DNA of 29,205 nt. Origin: Planctomycetota bacterium. Lineage in GTDB: Bacteria > Planctomycetota > UBA8108. A program made the translations under genes and the position numbers. The stretch lies in assembly GCA_022451445.1 (NCBI GenBank), contig JAKUSY010000005.1, positions 1 to 29,205 of the forward strand, in the 5' to 3' direction. Within the stretch, counting starts at the first letter, position 1. Each line of letters starts with the position of its first letter. This document shows positions 1-8,121 of the stretch, piece after piece. The notes below the pieces were generated by a model, which was given only the letters and a program-made list of their open reading frames with translations, had not been told where the DNA came from and did no database searches.

Positions 1-182
1 AAGCGCCAGGTTGATCCCCATGCGGGCCTCGAGGTCCGTGGAGGACCAGGCTGGCGCTTTCCTTTTGTTCTTTCCGCCGCTTTGTGTGGTAGTATGGCCA
101 GCCTTTCATACCGGCAGATGACCTGTCGACGGGCCCGAGGTGGATTCTCGTCGGGGGGACAGGATTGGAGCGCTAAGGCCTC

Positions 183-629
183 ATGCAGAAGGAAACTTCA
201 AACCTCGAAAGCAGCGTCAGGGAGAGACGGCGCAATCTTCGCCGCAGGGATGCCCTGGAAATTCTATTGAAGGCCAGGGACGGTCTCATCGCCGAGATGG
301 CGGAGGAGATCCGCTTGCGCAAGGACGCCCTCCTTGATTCAGCAGGCGAGCAGAACGTTCTCGGATTCGAATTCCAGGAGATCGAGGATCGCTATACCTC
401 GCGGCTGCAGGCGCTCAACTCGATTCTCGAGAACCTCGAGTACAGGCGCCCCCGGCTGGCTCACAGGATCGAGACGATCAATTCCACCAGGGATAACCTG
501 AAGAAGGATCTCAACGAGCTGGTCAGTCGCTTTGACCAATGGGATCTTGTCGACGTCAACGTCTCGGAAATGTCGGATTCCAGCCTGCTGGTGGTCATCT
601 CCTTCACGGCCGACGACTACGGGGAATAG
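183..629 (+). CDS. Hypothetical protein (148 aa), helical N-terminal part and small alpha/beta C-terminal part
   Basis: ATG..TAG ORF with natural-looking composition, converging on the next gene with a 14-nt gap. No family recognised. Confidence 0.75.
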   Translation: MQKETSNLESSVRERRRNLRRRDALEILLKARDGLIAEMAEEIRLRKDALLDSAGEQNVLGFEFQEIEDRYTSRLQALNSILENLEYRRPRLAHRIETINSTRDNLKKDLNELVSRFDQWDLVDVNVSEMSDSSLLVVISFTADDYGE

Positions 630-643
630 GCCGAAAACGGGAC

Positions 644-1438
644 TCAGTATCTTCCCGCCTGGCGTTCCCTGGCGGGAAGGATCTCGAGGCAGGTGGTCCA
701 CCAGCCATCCTCGATGGTCTGCGCGAACTCCTCGGGCAGGCCCTCCTGGCGCATCTGGCGGGCGAGGGTCCCGGCATCGTATTGGACGGAGACGAACTCC
801 GCCTCGATGCGGTTTTCTTCGGCCGTGAGCACCGTGTACCAGACCTGCCGGGTTCCATCATTTTCGGGGCGGCCGAGGACCCCGACATTGACGAAGAGCC
901 TTCCGGAGGGGAGCTCCCGCTCCCACTTGATGCCGGTATGGGTAACGGCGATCACATCCGCCTCGTAATCGTCGCAGAGTTTCTCGAGGAAATGAGAGGG
1001 AGTCGTCGAGTCCCAGAGGAACTCGTTCTGGCGGCGGGGGGAGCCATGGCAGAGCAGCACCCTGCGGCCGCCGAGCTCGAAGCGGATCTCCCCGGGCAGG
1101 GTACGCAGCCAGGCCCTGTTTTCCTCGGAGGTGTTACAGTAGGTGTATTGGTAGCTGAGCCTCGCGAATTGGTTGTCACGCGGGTCGGTATAGCCGCATT
1201 GGCAGTCGGGGAGATCGCGGGCCAGGGAGTCGTCGTAATTGCCGGCCAGGGTTTTCACCGAGTTGTCTCTGAGCAGGGGATAGACCCTGTCAGGGTGGGG
1301 ACCAAAGGCACCGAGGTCACCGAGGCAGTAGATCGAGTCGATGTTCCTGGTCTGGATGCCGGCCAGCGCCGCGGTGAGAGCCAGGTGGTTGGAGTAGATG
1401 CCTCCGAAGAGGGCCGCTCTTTCGGTTGGGGCGGGCAT
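644..1438 (-). CDS. Calcineurin-like metallophosphoesterase family protein with degenerate metal motifs and a CxC insert
   Basis: Motifs GGIYSN / CLGDLGAFG / LAGNYD / LCHGSP / VTHTG / VNVGVLG are in metallophosphoesterase order. DCQCGY insert. ATG directly abuts the TGA of the upstream radical SAM gene. Confidence 0.85.
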   Translation of the reverse strand: MPAPTERAALFGGIYSNHLALTAALAGIQTRNIDSIYCLGDLGAFGPHPDRVYPLLRDNSVKTLAGNYDDSLARDLPDCQCGYTDPRDNQFARLSYQYTYCNTSEENRAWLRTLPGEIRFELGGRRVLLCHGSPRRQNEFLWDSTTPSHFLEKLCDDYEADVIAVTHTGIKWERELPSGRLFVNVGVLGRPENDGTRQVWYTVLTAEENRIEAEFVSVQYDAGTLARQMRQEGLPEEFAQTIEDGWWTTCLEILPARERQAGRY

Positions 1439-2347
1439 TCAATCCACCCCCCAGCCGCCGATATTCGAGCAGATCGCCCCGTGCACATAGCAGGTGTGGC
1501 AGGCCCCATGGGCCAGGCGGAATGGGACAGCCGCCTCGGCCAGGCTGTGGCCGAGGTGCGCCTCGGGAGCTTCGATGAGGAGCGGGCAGACGGCGACGCC
1601 GCGGTCGGTTACCGTTCTTCCCCGGCTGCAGAGCAGTTGGCTGCTGTCGTAATTTTCCATCATCCCCGGGCTGATTCTCTCGGACCGGGAGTAAGGCCTG
1701 GTGCGCTCGGCCTCCATCCCGAGGTGGAGAGTCGGCAGGATCTTGATTCGCGGCCTCGAATACCCGGCCTCTTTCAGGGTCGCCACGAAGGATTCGAAGA
1801 CCGCCGGGCCGTCCTGCTGGGGCCAGGTCTGGGCGATGGTGATGATCGGCAGGAAGCCGGCCTCCACGAGCATTCGCACTCCCGCCATGGCCTGCTCGAA
1901 GGTGCCCTCTCCCCTGATCGGGTCGTTGGTCTGCGGATTGTAGCCGTCGATGCTGACGCGCAGCTCGAGGCTGTAGGGGGAGTCCTGCGAGATCTCCCGC
2001 AGCGTCTTGATGGAGGCGGGGGTGAACACCGTGCCGTTGGTCAGCACCGTCGCCGGGCCGATGGCGAGGGTCTCCTCGATGATTTGCAGCATGTCACGGT
2101 TGAGGAAGGGTTCTCCGCCGGTGAAGTAGTACTCCCGTACTCCCAGCTTCTCTGATTCACGCAGGTATTTCCTCACGGTTTCGATGCCGAGGAAACCGAA
2201 GGTGTCGTTGCCCGGGTGGCAGCTGATGAAGCAGTGGTTGCAGGAGAGGTTGCAGAGTGTTCCGCCGACCTGGAACCACAGCTCATCGAGGCTCTCGAGT
2301 TCCTGCGAGGGAGGCAGCTCCCGGGTTTCTCTATCGTGTCCGCTCAT
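1439..2347 (-). CDS. Radical SAM protein with Cys-rich C-terminus
   Basis: CNLSCNHC (CxxxCxxC) followed by FISC, the FTGGEPF motif and RVSIDG. C-terminal LLCS...VCP...ACHTC...ICSN. ATGA overlap with the upstream gene. Confidence 0.92.
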   Translation of the reverse strand: MSGHDRETRELPPSQELESLDELWFQVGGTLCNLSCNHCFISCHPGNDTFGFLGIETVRKYLRESEKLGVREYYFTGGEPFLNRDMLQIIEETLAIGPATVLTNGTVFTPASIKTLREISQDSPYSLELRVSIDGYNPQTNDPIRGEGTFEQAMAGVRMLVEAGFLPIITIAQTWPQQDGPAVFESFVATLKEAGYSRPRIKILPTLHLGMEAERTRPYSRSERISPGMMENYDSSQLLCSRGRTVTDRGVAVCPLLIEAPEAHLGHSLAEAAVPFRLAHGACHTCYVHGAICSNIGGWGVD

Positions 2348-3585
2348 GGCGATTCGGTTTCCTCGTAAAGATCGAGGCTCTCGTCCGTCTCGATGAGCCT
2401 GAAAATGTCACGCACCTGCTCGATGCCTGCCTGCAGGAGAAAGTCGCTTCGCCGCCCGGCGATATAATACCCGGGCTCCGGATTCAGCAGGGTGTCGCCG
2501 GCGAGCTCTGCGCGCTCGAGGCAGTCGCCTCCGGAGCCGCCGCCGAGCAGGGCGGCGGCGAGCTTCATCGGTCCCTCTGTCGCGTAGCAGAGGTGCACCT
2601 GCAGCTCGCGGTGAAAGCCCGTGTCCGGGCGGTAGCCTGTCATCGAGATGATCCGGTCAACCTCTACCGTCCTCGTCTCCGAGGCGCCGTTGAGCCGGAC
2701 CGCCACGCGCTCATCCACCCTCTCCAGGCTCGAGGTGACGAAGCCGCTGAGCGCCTCGCAACCCTCCGGCGTGTCGCAGGCGAACCTGTTGGCCTCCCTC
2801 GCCAGCCGGTCTCTCTGGGGCAGGGGGTCGTTCTCATAAAGCTCGATGGGCTCCCGGCGGCTGTCTCGCCGCGCCCAGACCAGGCGCGTTCGCGGCTCTG
2901 TCTCCATGAGTTTCGTAAAGGATTCGAGCACGGTAGCGGCGGAATAGCCGGCGCCCACCAGGAGGGTGGTTCGCCCCTCGTAGAGGGGCCTGTCGGCGCC
3001 GAGAAGGTCGGGGATGTGGTAGGTGATTTTTTCACGGAGAGCTTCCTCGCCCGGCGCCGGGATGCCGCCATCTCCCAGGTTTCCATGGTTTCGGTATACC
3101 CCGGAAGCATCGATCACCACATCGCTCTGCGCGGTTTTCATTTCCCCTCTCCGGTCTGCGACCAGCAGCTGGAAGCGTCGGTTGGCCCGCTCGGGGCTGC
3201 CGATCGCCTCGGTCTTGAGCAGGCCGGCTCTTGATATGGCGAGGACCTCGCGGCCGGTCCTGATCCTGTCACCCAGCGATGCGGCCACCGGTCCCAGGTA
3301 GCGGTCGCAGTATTCTTCACCTCCCGGGCAGGCATCTCCCGGCGGAGTCTCCAGGCCCTGCTTCTCCAGGGCGGCAAGCCCGAGCGGGGAGGTATTGAGC
3401 GCCCAGGGGGAGAAGAGCTCGAGGAAACCCCAACGCCTGATATTGGCGCCGGCCTCCAGGCGTTCGTAGACCATCGGCCGGTGGCCGAGGGCTGCGGCGT
3501 AGAGGGCCGCCTCGAGCCCGATGGGGCCGGCTCCCACGATGGCGATATCCCTGGGAGCCGATGGGGTACGCCGCGCCGCGCCCAT
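2344..3585 (-). CDS. FAD/NAD(P)-dependent oxidoreductase (flavin monooxygenase-like, resembling ArsO-type flavoproteins)
   Basis: IAIVGAGPIG FAD motif, VIDASG, LLVGAGYSA second dinucleotide motif, MTGY and LQVHLCYATEGPMKLAAAL. The ArsO resemblance is from recall, not a search. Confidence 0.88.
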   Translation of the reverse strand: MGAARRTPSAPRDIAIVGAGPIGLEAALYAAALGHRPMVYERLEAGANIRRWGFLELFSPWALNTSPLGLAALEKQGLETPPGDACPGGEEYCDRYLGPVAASLGDRIRTGREVLAISRAGLLKTEAIGSPERANRRFQLLVADRRGEMKTAQSDVVIDASGVYRNHGNLGDGGIPAPGEEALREKITYHIPDLLGADRPLYEGRTTLLVGAGYSAATVLESFTKLMETEPRTRLVWARRDSRREPIELYENDPLPQRDRLAREANRFACDTPEGCEALSGFVTSSLERVDERVAVRLNGASETRTVEVDRIISMTGYRPDTGFHRELQVHLCYATEGPMKLAAALLGGGSGGDCLERAELAGDTLLNPEPGYYIAGRRSDFLLQAGIEQVRDIFRLIETDESLDLYEETESP

Positions 3586-5229
3586 CTACTCTTCCGGGAC
3601 TTCCCGGTAGGCGGCGCCGGAGGCTCCCGGGTCGACGCCGGCGATGACCTCCAGCGGATCCCGGGAGGAGATCTCGGCGGCGTAGACCCGCCCGACGACA
3701 CCGAAGGGATTGGGGCTGTGGATGATTTCCCAGCCGCCCCCGGCCAGGGCCGCCACGACCTCCGCCGGGAACCTCGATTCCAGCAGCAGGGTATTGTCGG
3801 AATAGGCGTCGAAGCGCGGATGAACCACGGCCTCCGCCACGTTCATTCCAAAGACGGTGACGTTGAGGATCACCTGTGAGATGCCCGCGGTGATGCGGGC
3901 TGCTCCGGGGGAGCCGAGGACGAGCTTCGGCTTGCCCTCCTCCAGGACGATGGTCTCGGCCACCGCCGTGCTCCTGGCTTTTCCCGCCGCGATGGAGTTC
4001 GCGTCGCCGGGACGGGGGTCGAAGGCGCTCATGCAATTGTTGAACAGGATTCCCAGCCCCGGTGAGAAGACCCCGGAGTTGTAGCCCAGGGAGTGGGCGA
4101 AGGAGATGGAGTTGCCATCGCGATCGACGATGGTCAATTGCGTCGTGTCCGGGCAGTCCGCCCCGCCCTGGGGAGATTCCCTTTCGGCCAGGGCATCGAG
4201 GTATTCCTCCGTGAGGAAGGTCTCGTCCGCCGCTGTGCCGAAGGCGGTATCGCCCTGGTTCGCCAGGCGATCGCTCCACACCCTCTTGAGAATGTCCGCG
4301 TAGTCTTCGATATAGGCCGGGCTGTTGTGCAGGGGCACGGAGCCGGCGAGCCGGCGCTCCATGAGCGCCAGGGTCTGCAGGAGGGCCACTCCGCCTCCCG
4401 GAAGCGGGGTGGAGAGGACCTCGTAGCCGCGGAAGCTTCCGCTGAGGGGCTCGCGAATCGTCGGCGCGTAGCCCTGCAGATCATCGAGGGTTACCAGCGC
4501 ACCGTTGGCCTGCCAGTCTTCCGCGATCTCCCGGGCCAGCGCGCCCCGGTAGTAGCTCTCCGCGCCTTCATTCGCCAGCCGCCTGTAGGTTTCCGCGAGC
4601 CTGGGCTGGCGAAAGATCTCGCCGGCCTGGTAGCTCTCTCCGTCTTCCTTGAAACAGATCTCCCTGCCCACCTCGGTATGACCCAGCCGGTCGCGGGTGG
4701 ATACCCTGCCGTGGAGGCCGGGCCGGATCCAGAAATTCTCCAGCTCCGGCGTGACCCGGAATCCATTCTCGGCGTAGGGGATGGCCCGCTCGATGAGCTC
4801 TCCCCAGGGCATCCTGCCGAAGCGGGAGTGGATCTCGGCCACACCCGCGACCATCCCGGGAACGGTGATCGCCTGGTAGCCGACGTCGTTGACCTTGTCT
4901 TTTACCAGGTAGCCGAATCCATCCGGCGTCTCGTCCTCGAAGAGATCCGCCCACACATCCGGCCTTGCCAGGCTTCCCGCCCGTCCATGGAAGTCGACGC
5001 AGAGGGAGCGGCCTGGCCCCCCCGCGGCCTCGTAAAAAAAGAGGGTAGCGCAGCCGAAGCCGCCGATTCCGCAGCGGTGGGGGTCCACCACTCCCTGGAC
5101 AAACGCCGCGGTGACCAGCGCGTCGGCCGCGTTGCCCCCGGCCGTGAGGACACGGGCGCCCTCGTAGGCCGCCTCCGCCTGGGGGGCGGCCACGAGGCCC
5201 CGGCCTGGTTGTATTCCTTCAGCATTCAT
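3586..5229 (-). CDS. ggt: Gamma-glutamyltransferase family protein (Ntn hydrolase), no signal peptide
   Basis: GGNAADA...VVDPHRCGIGGFG, ITVPGMVAG, YRGALA, catalytic-Thr region DTTQLTIVDRDGN, GILFNNCM and LGSPGAARI. Confidence 0.93.
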   Translation of the reverse strand: MNAEGIQPGRGLVAAPQAEAAYEGARVLTAGGNAADALVTAAFVQGVVDPHRCGIGGFGCATLFFYEAAGGPGRSLCVDFHGRAGSLARPDVWADLFEDETPDGFGYLVKDKVNDVGYQAITVPGMVAGVAEIHSRFGRMPWGELIERAIPYAENGFRVTPELENFWIRPGLHGRVSTRDRLGHTEVGREICFKEDGESYQAGEIFRQPRLAETYRRLANEGAESYYRGALAREIAEDWQANGALVTLDDLQGYAPTIREPLSGSFRGYEVLSTPLPGGGVALLQTLALMERRLAGSVPLHNSPAYIEDYADILKRVWSDRLANQGDTAFGTAADETFLTEEYLDALAERESPQGGADCPDTTQLTIVDRDGNSISFAHSLGYNSGVFSPGLGILFNNCMSAFDPRPGDANSIAAGKARSTAVAETIVLEEGKPKLVLGSPGAARITAGISQVILNVTVFGMNVAEAVVHPRFDAYSDNTLLLESRFPAEVVAALAGGGWEIIHSPNPFGVVGRVYAAEISSRDPLEVIAGVDPGASGAAYREVPEE

Positions 5230-5237
5230 GTCGGCTG

Positions 5238-5243
5238 ATTATA
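5238..5243 (-). promoter_or_regulatory. Candidate sigma70 -10 box (TATAAT) 8 nt upstream of the ggt ATG; possible leaderless transcript
   Basis: Minus strand reads GGTGCG-TATAAT-CAGCCGAC-ATG, a perfect -10 in GC-rich DNA with no Shine-Dalgarno. Confidence 0.55.
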
Positions 5244-5273
5244 CGCACCAGGTCGGCCGATGGTACTCGCTAC

Positions 5274-7034
5274 CTACTTTTTGAAGCGGGTCACGCTTTC
5301 AGCATACAGTCCCTTTTCCGTCCAGGTCGTATAGCTGGAGGAGGTCCCCATGAGGTTCAGCAGCGCTCCGAGAACCCTCATGGCCTCGGGCGGAACCGCT
5401 TCACCAGCGGGCGAGAACTGCAGAGCCTGCTCGATCATCTCCATGTAACCGGAGGCTACCGAGGAGCTCTGGTAGGCGATTCCGGTGACCTGGGCGGGGA
5501 GCGTGCCGAGGGCCTTCTTGAACTCTTCGTTCGCGGCCAGCCCGGGAGCATCCTTGCCGATCCTGCGGATCACCTTCTGGACGTTCTCGCCCTCGGTGCT
5601 GAAGATGACCATCTTGTCGGTGATGCAGACGCCCGGCGCGGGGCCTGAGAATCCGTCGCCCATGATGAAGACGTCGCGGCCCATGTACTTCTGGGGCTCG
5701 AGAGCTCCGCCGGTCAGCTCGATGGCCTTATCGACGAGCTTCTTCCAGGGAGCGTCATTGGAGAGCTCGAGAACGACCGTAGAGTCGCCGAGGGGGTTTT
5801 CGATCCCGGCGGCCCTGCCCGAGCCGAAGGTGTGGACACGGTTTCCAATGCTGCCGAGCAGGTCCGAGATCTTGAAGCCCATCGTTTCCAGGAACATCTC
5901 TTTTATGTTGGCCTCCTGGCCTTGCAGGGCCATGAAGGACTGGGCGAGGTTGAGCAGCTTGTTCACGGACTTGGTGATGGCCTTGGCGTTGAGGCCCGAG
6001 ACGCTGTAGGTTCCCGTGTCCCCCGGGACGATGGAAGGCGGCGCGGCGGCGAAGGGTTCGCTCTTGACCCAGCTGAGCAGGCCGTCAGAGGCCCCATCGT
6101 TGTGGACAAAGGTCCTGCCGCGGAGCCCATCTTCTTCCAGAGCGAATCCAATACCGAAGTTGTTGAGGCTTTTTCCGAAGAGCACCTCCTCGATGGTCTG
6201 CCAGAGGAAGACAAAGGGATTGCCCTCCATGGCGCCGTTGACGGCCTTGAGAACAGGCTTCATGTTCATGAAGAAGTTAACGTGGTTTCCCTTGCCGAGG
6301 CGGGCCTGGGTTTCCTTGTAGGCGGGATTGTTGAGAATGGAGTCCTCCGGATTCTCTTCCGAGAGCCTGGCAATGGTCTGCTCGAGGAATTTCCTGCTGA
6401 GGCTGACGAAGAACTTCGAGCCTTTTTCGCCGACGTAGATATGCTCAGGTCCGTCCTCGGCCTCCTCGGGCGGACTCAAGGTGGTGATCTTGCCACCGTG
6501 GAAATCTTCGGTCTTGACCCCCGCGCCCTCGCGAACCGCCAGCGCCATGATGGACAGGAGGTTCTTCTTGAACTCCTGGCGTCCCCCGAGGGCGTCTACA
6601 CCGAGGATGACAGGGATAGATTCGCTGTCAATCTCGGGCTCCTCCATGTTCAGGATCGCCTCTCCGAGGTCCCTGATGGTCTTTGAGACGTCGCCGACCG
6701 CCAAGATAGCCTCGCCCTTGACGGAGCTGAGCATCTCGAGGGGATCGACCTGCGTCTCCGCGATGATGTCCTGGCGGCCTTCTTCGATCGTCTGTTCGAA
6801 TTGCGTGATGAGCTCGGTGAACTCCTGCTTGTCCTTGAGCTTGTAGATCGGGGAGCTCTTGAAGTCCTTGACGATGCCGGCGATGCTCGGCGCGTGCAGC
6901 ACGAGGGTCGCGTCCTTCGGCAGGGCCTTGAGGATGGATGGGCCGGCGACGATGGTCTGCTTGTCCTGGGCTATCGCCCAGGCGCTGAGTCCGACGATCG
7001 CGACAACGAGGGGGAGTAAGATACGTTTCAGCAT
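5274..7034 (-). CDS. Exported hypothetical protein (586 aa), DUF3352-like
   Basis: Signal peptide MLKRILLPLVVAIVGLSAWAIAQD, AAGGA RBS and a long ORF. The family assignment is from recall only. Confidence 0.8.
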   Translation of the reverse strand: MLKRILLPLVVAIVGLSAWAIAQDKQTIVAGPSILKALPKDATLVLHAPSIAGIVKDFKSSPIYKLKDKQEFTELITQFEQTIEEGRQDIIAETQVDPLEMLSSVKGEAILAVGDVSKTIRDLGEAILNMEEPEIDSESIPVILGVDALGGRQEFKKNLLSIMALAVREGAGVKTEDFHGGKITTLSPPEEAEDGPEHIYVGEKGSKFFVSLSRKFLEQTIARLSEENPEDSILNNPAYKETQARLGKGNHVNFFMNMKPVLKAVNGAMEGNPFVFLWQTIEEVLFGKSLNNFGIGFALEEDGLRGRTFVHNDGASDGLLSWVKSEPFAAAPPSIVPGDTGTYSVSGLNAKAITKSVNKLLNLAQSFMALQGQEANIKEMFLETMGFKISDLLGSIGNRVHTFGSGRAAGIENPLGDSTVVLELSNDAPWKKLVDKAIELTGGALEPQKYMGRDVFIMGDGFSGPAPGVCITDKMVIFSTEGENVQKVIRRIGKDAPGLAANEEFKKALGTLPAQVTGIAYQSSSVASGYMEMIEQALQFSPAGEAVPPEAMRVLGALLNLMGTSSSYTTWTEKGLYAESVTRFKK

Positions 7035-7109
7035 GTTTGAGTTCCTTTCTTTCTGGAAATACGCTGATAATTCGCTTGGGTTCCCGGAGCCCCACGCTCC
7101 GCGATCCCC

Positions 7110-8108
7110 TTATTTCTTTTTCTTGTCCTTTAGCTTCTTTGGGGGCGGCTTCAGATAGCGGAAACCCGTATTGGGGTTGTCCTTGTCGAAGGCGAAGGCC
7201 GCCCTGTTTCTGAGAAAATCCTTTACGTAGTGAACCGGGATGGCGAAGCCGAGGGACTCGCCGCCCATGATCTTCGAGCTGGTGACGCCGATCACCTCCC
7301 CTCGGTTGTTGAAGAGAGGGCCTCCGCTATTGCCCGGGTTGATGGCCGCGGTGGTCTGGATCGACAGCTTGCCGCCGAGGGCGCGGCTGCGGTTGCTGAC
7401 GATGCCGTCTGACACCGTTCGGTCGAGGCCCAGGGGGTTGCCGATGGCGAAGACCGGGTCGCCGATTTTCACGCGGCCGTAGTCGCCGAGATAGGTCTCC
7501 CGCAGGGGTATCTTTTGCGGGTTCTCGATCTTCAGCAGCGCCAGGTCGAAGAACGGGTTGAAGGCGACGATCCGGACATCACTGACCTTCTCTTTTCGCA
7601 GTCCTTTTTTCTCCTTCACGTAGATCATCAGCGAGATGTCGCGCTCCTGCTCGATGACGTGGTAGTTGGTAACCACGTAGCCTTCCTTCCGGTTGATGAT
7701 GAAGCCCGACCCGGACTTGCTGAGACAGAGCACCTGGACGACAGCTTCGGCGACCTCCCGGGCTTTTTCTTCGATGGTCCCGGCGTCGCGCTGGGAGGTG
7801 AAGAAGATCGAGTCGGCCTTCGGACCGGATGGGCTTCCCGCCTTGGCGCTGGCGGGGTCGCCGCTCTCCACGATCGCCGTGATGAGGTCGATCGAGGCGC
7901 GTGGGATGCGAAGTATCGTGTAGCCGACGTCGAGGAAGATGTCCGTGTCGGTCTTCTTGATGACCTTTCCCTGCAGGGTATTCCCGCCCCTCAGCTGGAC
8001 TTTTTCCCAGCCTGATTTCGAGGAGTCCTCCGCGGCCGCGGGGCCGGGACCGGTCGCGAGGATCGGCAGGAAGATGAATGAGATGGTAAGTATTTTCAGC
8101 GCGTTCAT
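7110..8108 (-). CDS. Exported trypsin-like serine protease (S1C/HtrA-like, no PDZ domain)
   Basis: Catalytic triad motifs VTNYHV, FDLALLK and INPGNSGGPL. Also AIGNPLGL and an N-terminal signal peptide. Confidence 0.93.
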   Translation of the reverse strand: MNALKILTISFIFLPILATGPGPAAAEDSSKSGWEKVQLRGGNTLQGKVIKKTDTDIFLDVGYTILRIPRASIDLITAIVESGDPASAKAGSPSGPKADSIFFTSQRDAGTIEEKAREVAEAVVQVLCLSKSGSGFIINRKEGYVVTNYHVIEQERDISLMIYVKEKKGLRKEKVSDVRIVAFNPFFDLALLKIENPQKIPLRETYLGDYGRVKIGDPVFAIGNPLGLDRTVSDGIVSNRSRALGGKLSIQTTAAINPGNSGGPLFNNRGEVIGVTSSKIMGGESLGFAIPVHYVKDFLRNRAAFAFDKDNPNTGFRYLKPPPKKLKDKKKK

Positions 8109-8121
8109 TTTCGAGAGCCTT

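Noticed and set aside
1-110. Possible minus-strand gene start running off the left edge (MGINLAL or MKGWPYY frames)
   Set aside because: Too short to choose a frame or support a call.
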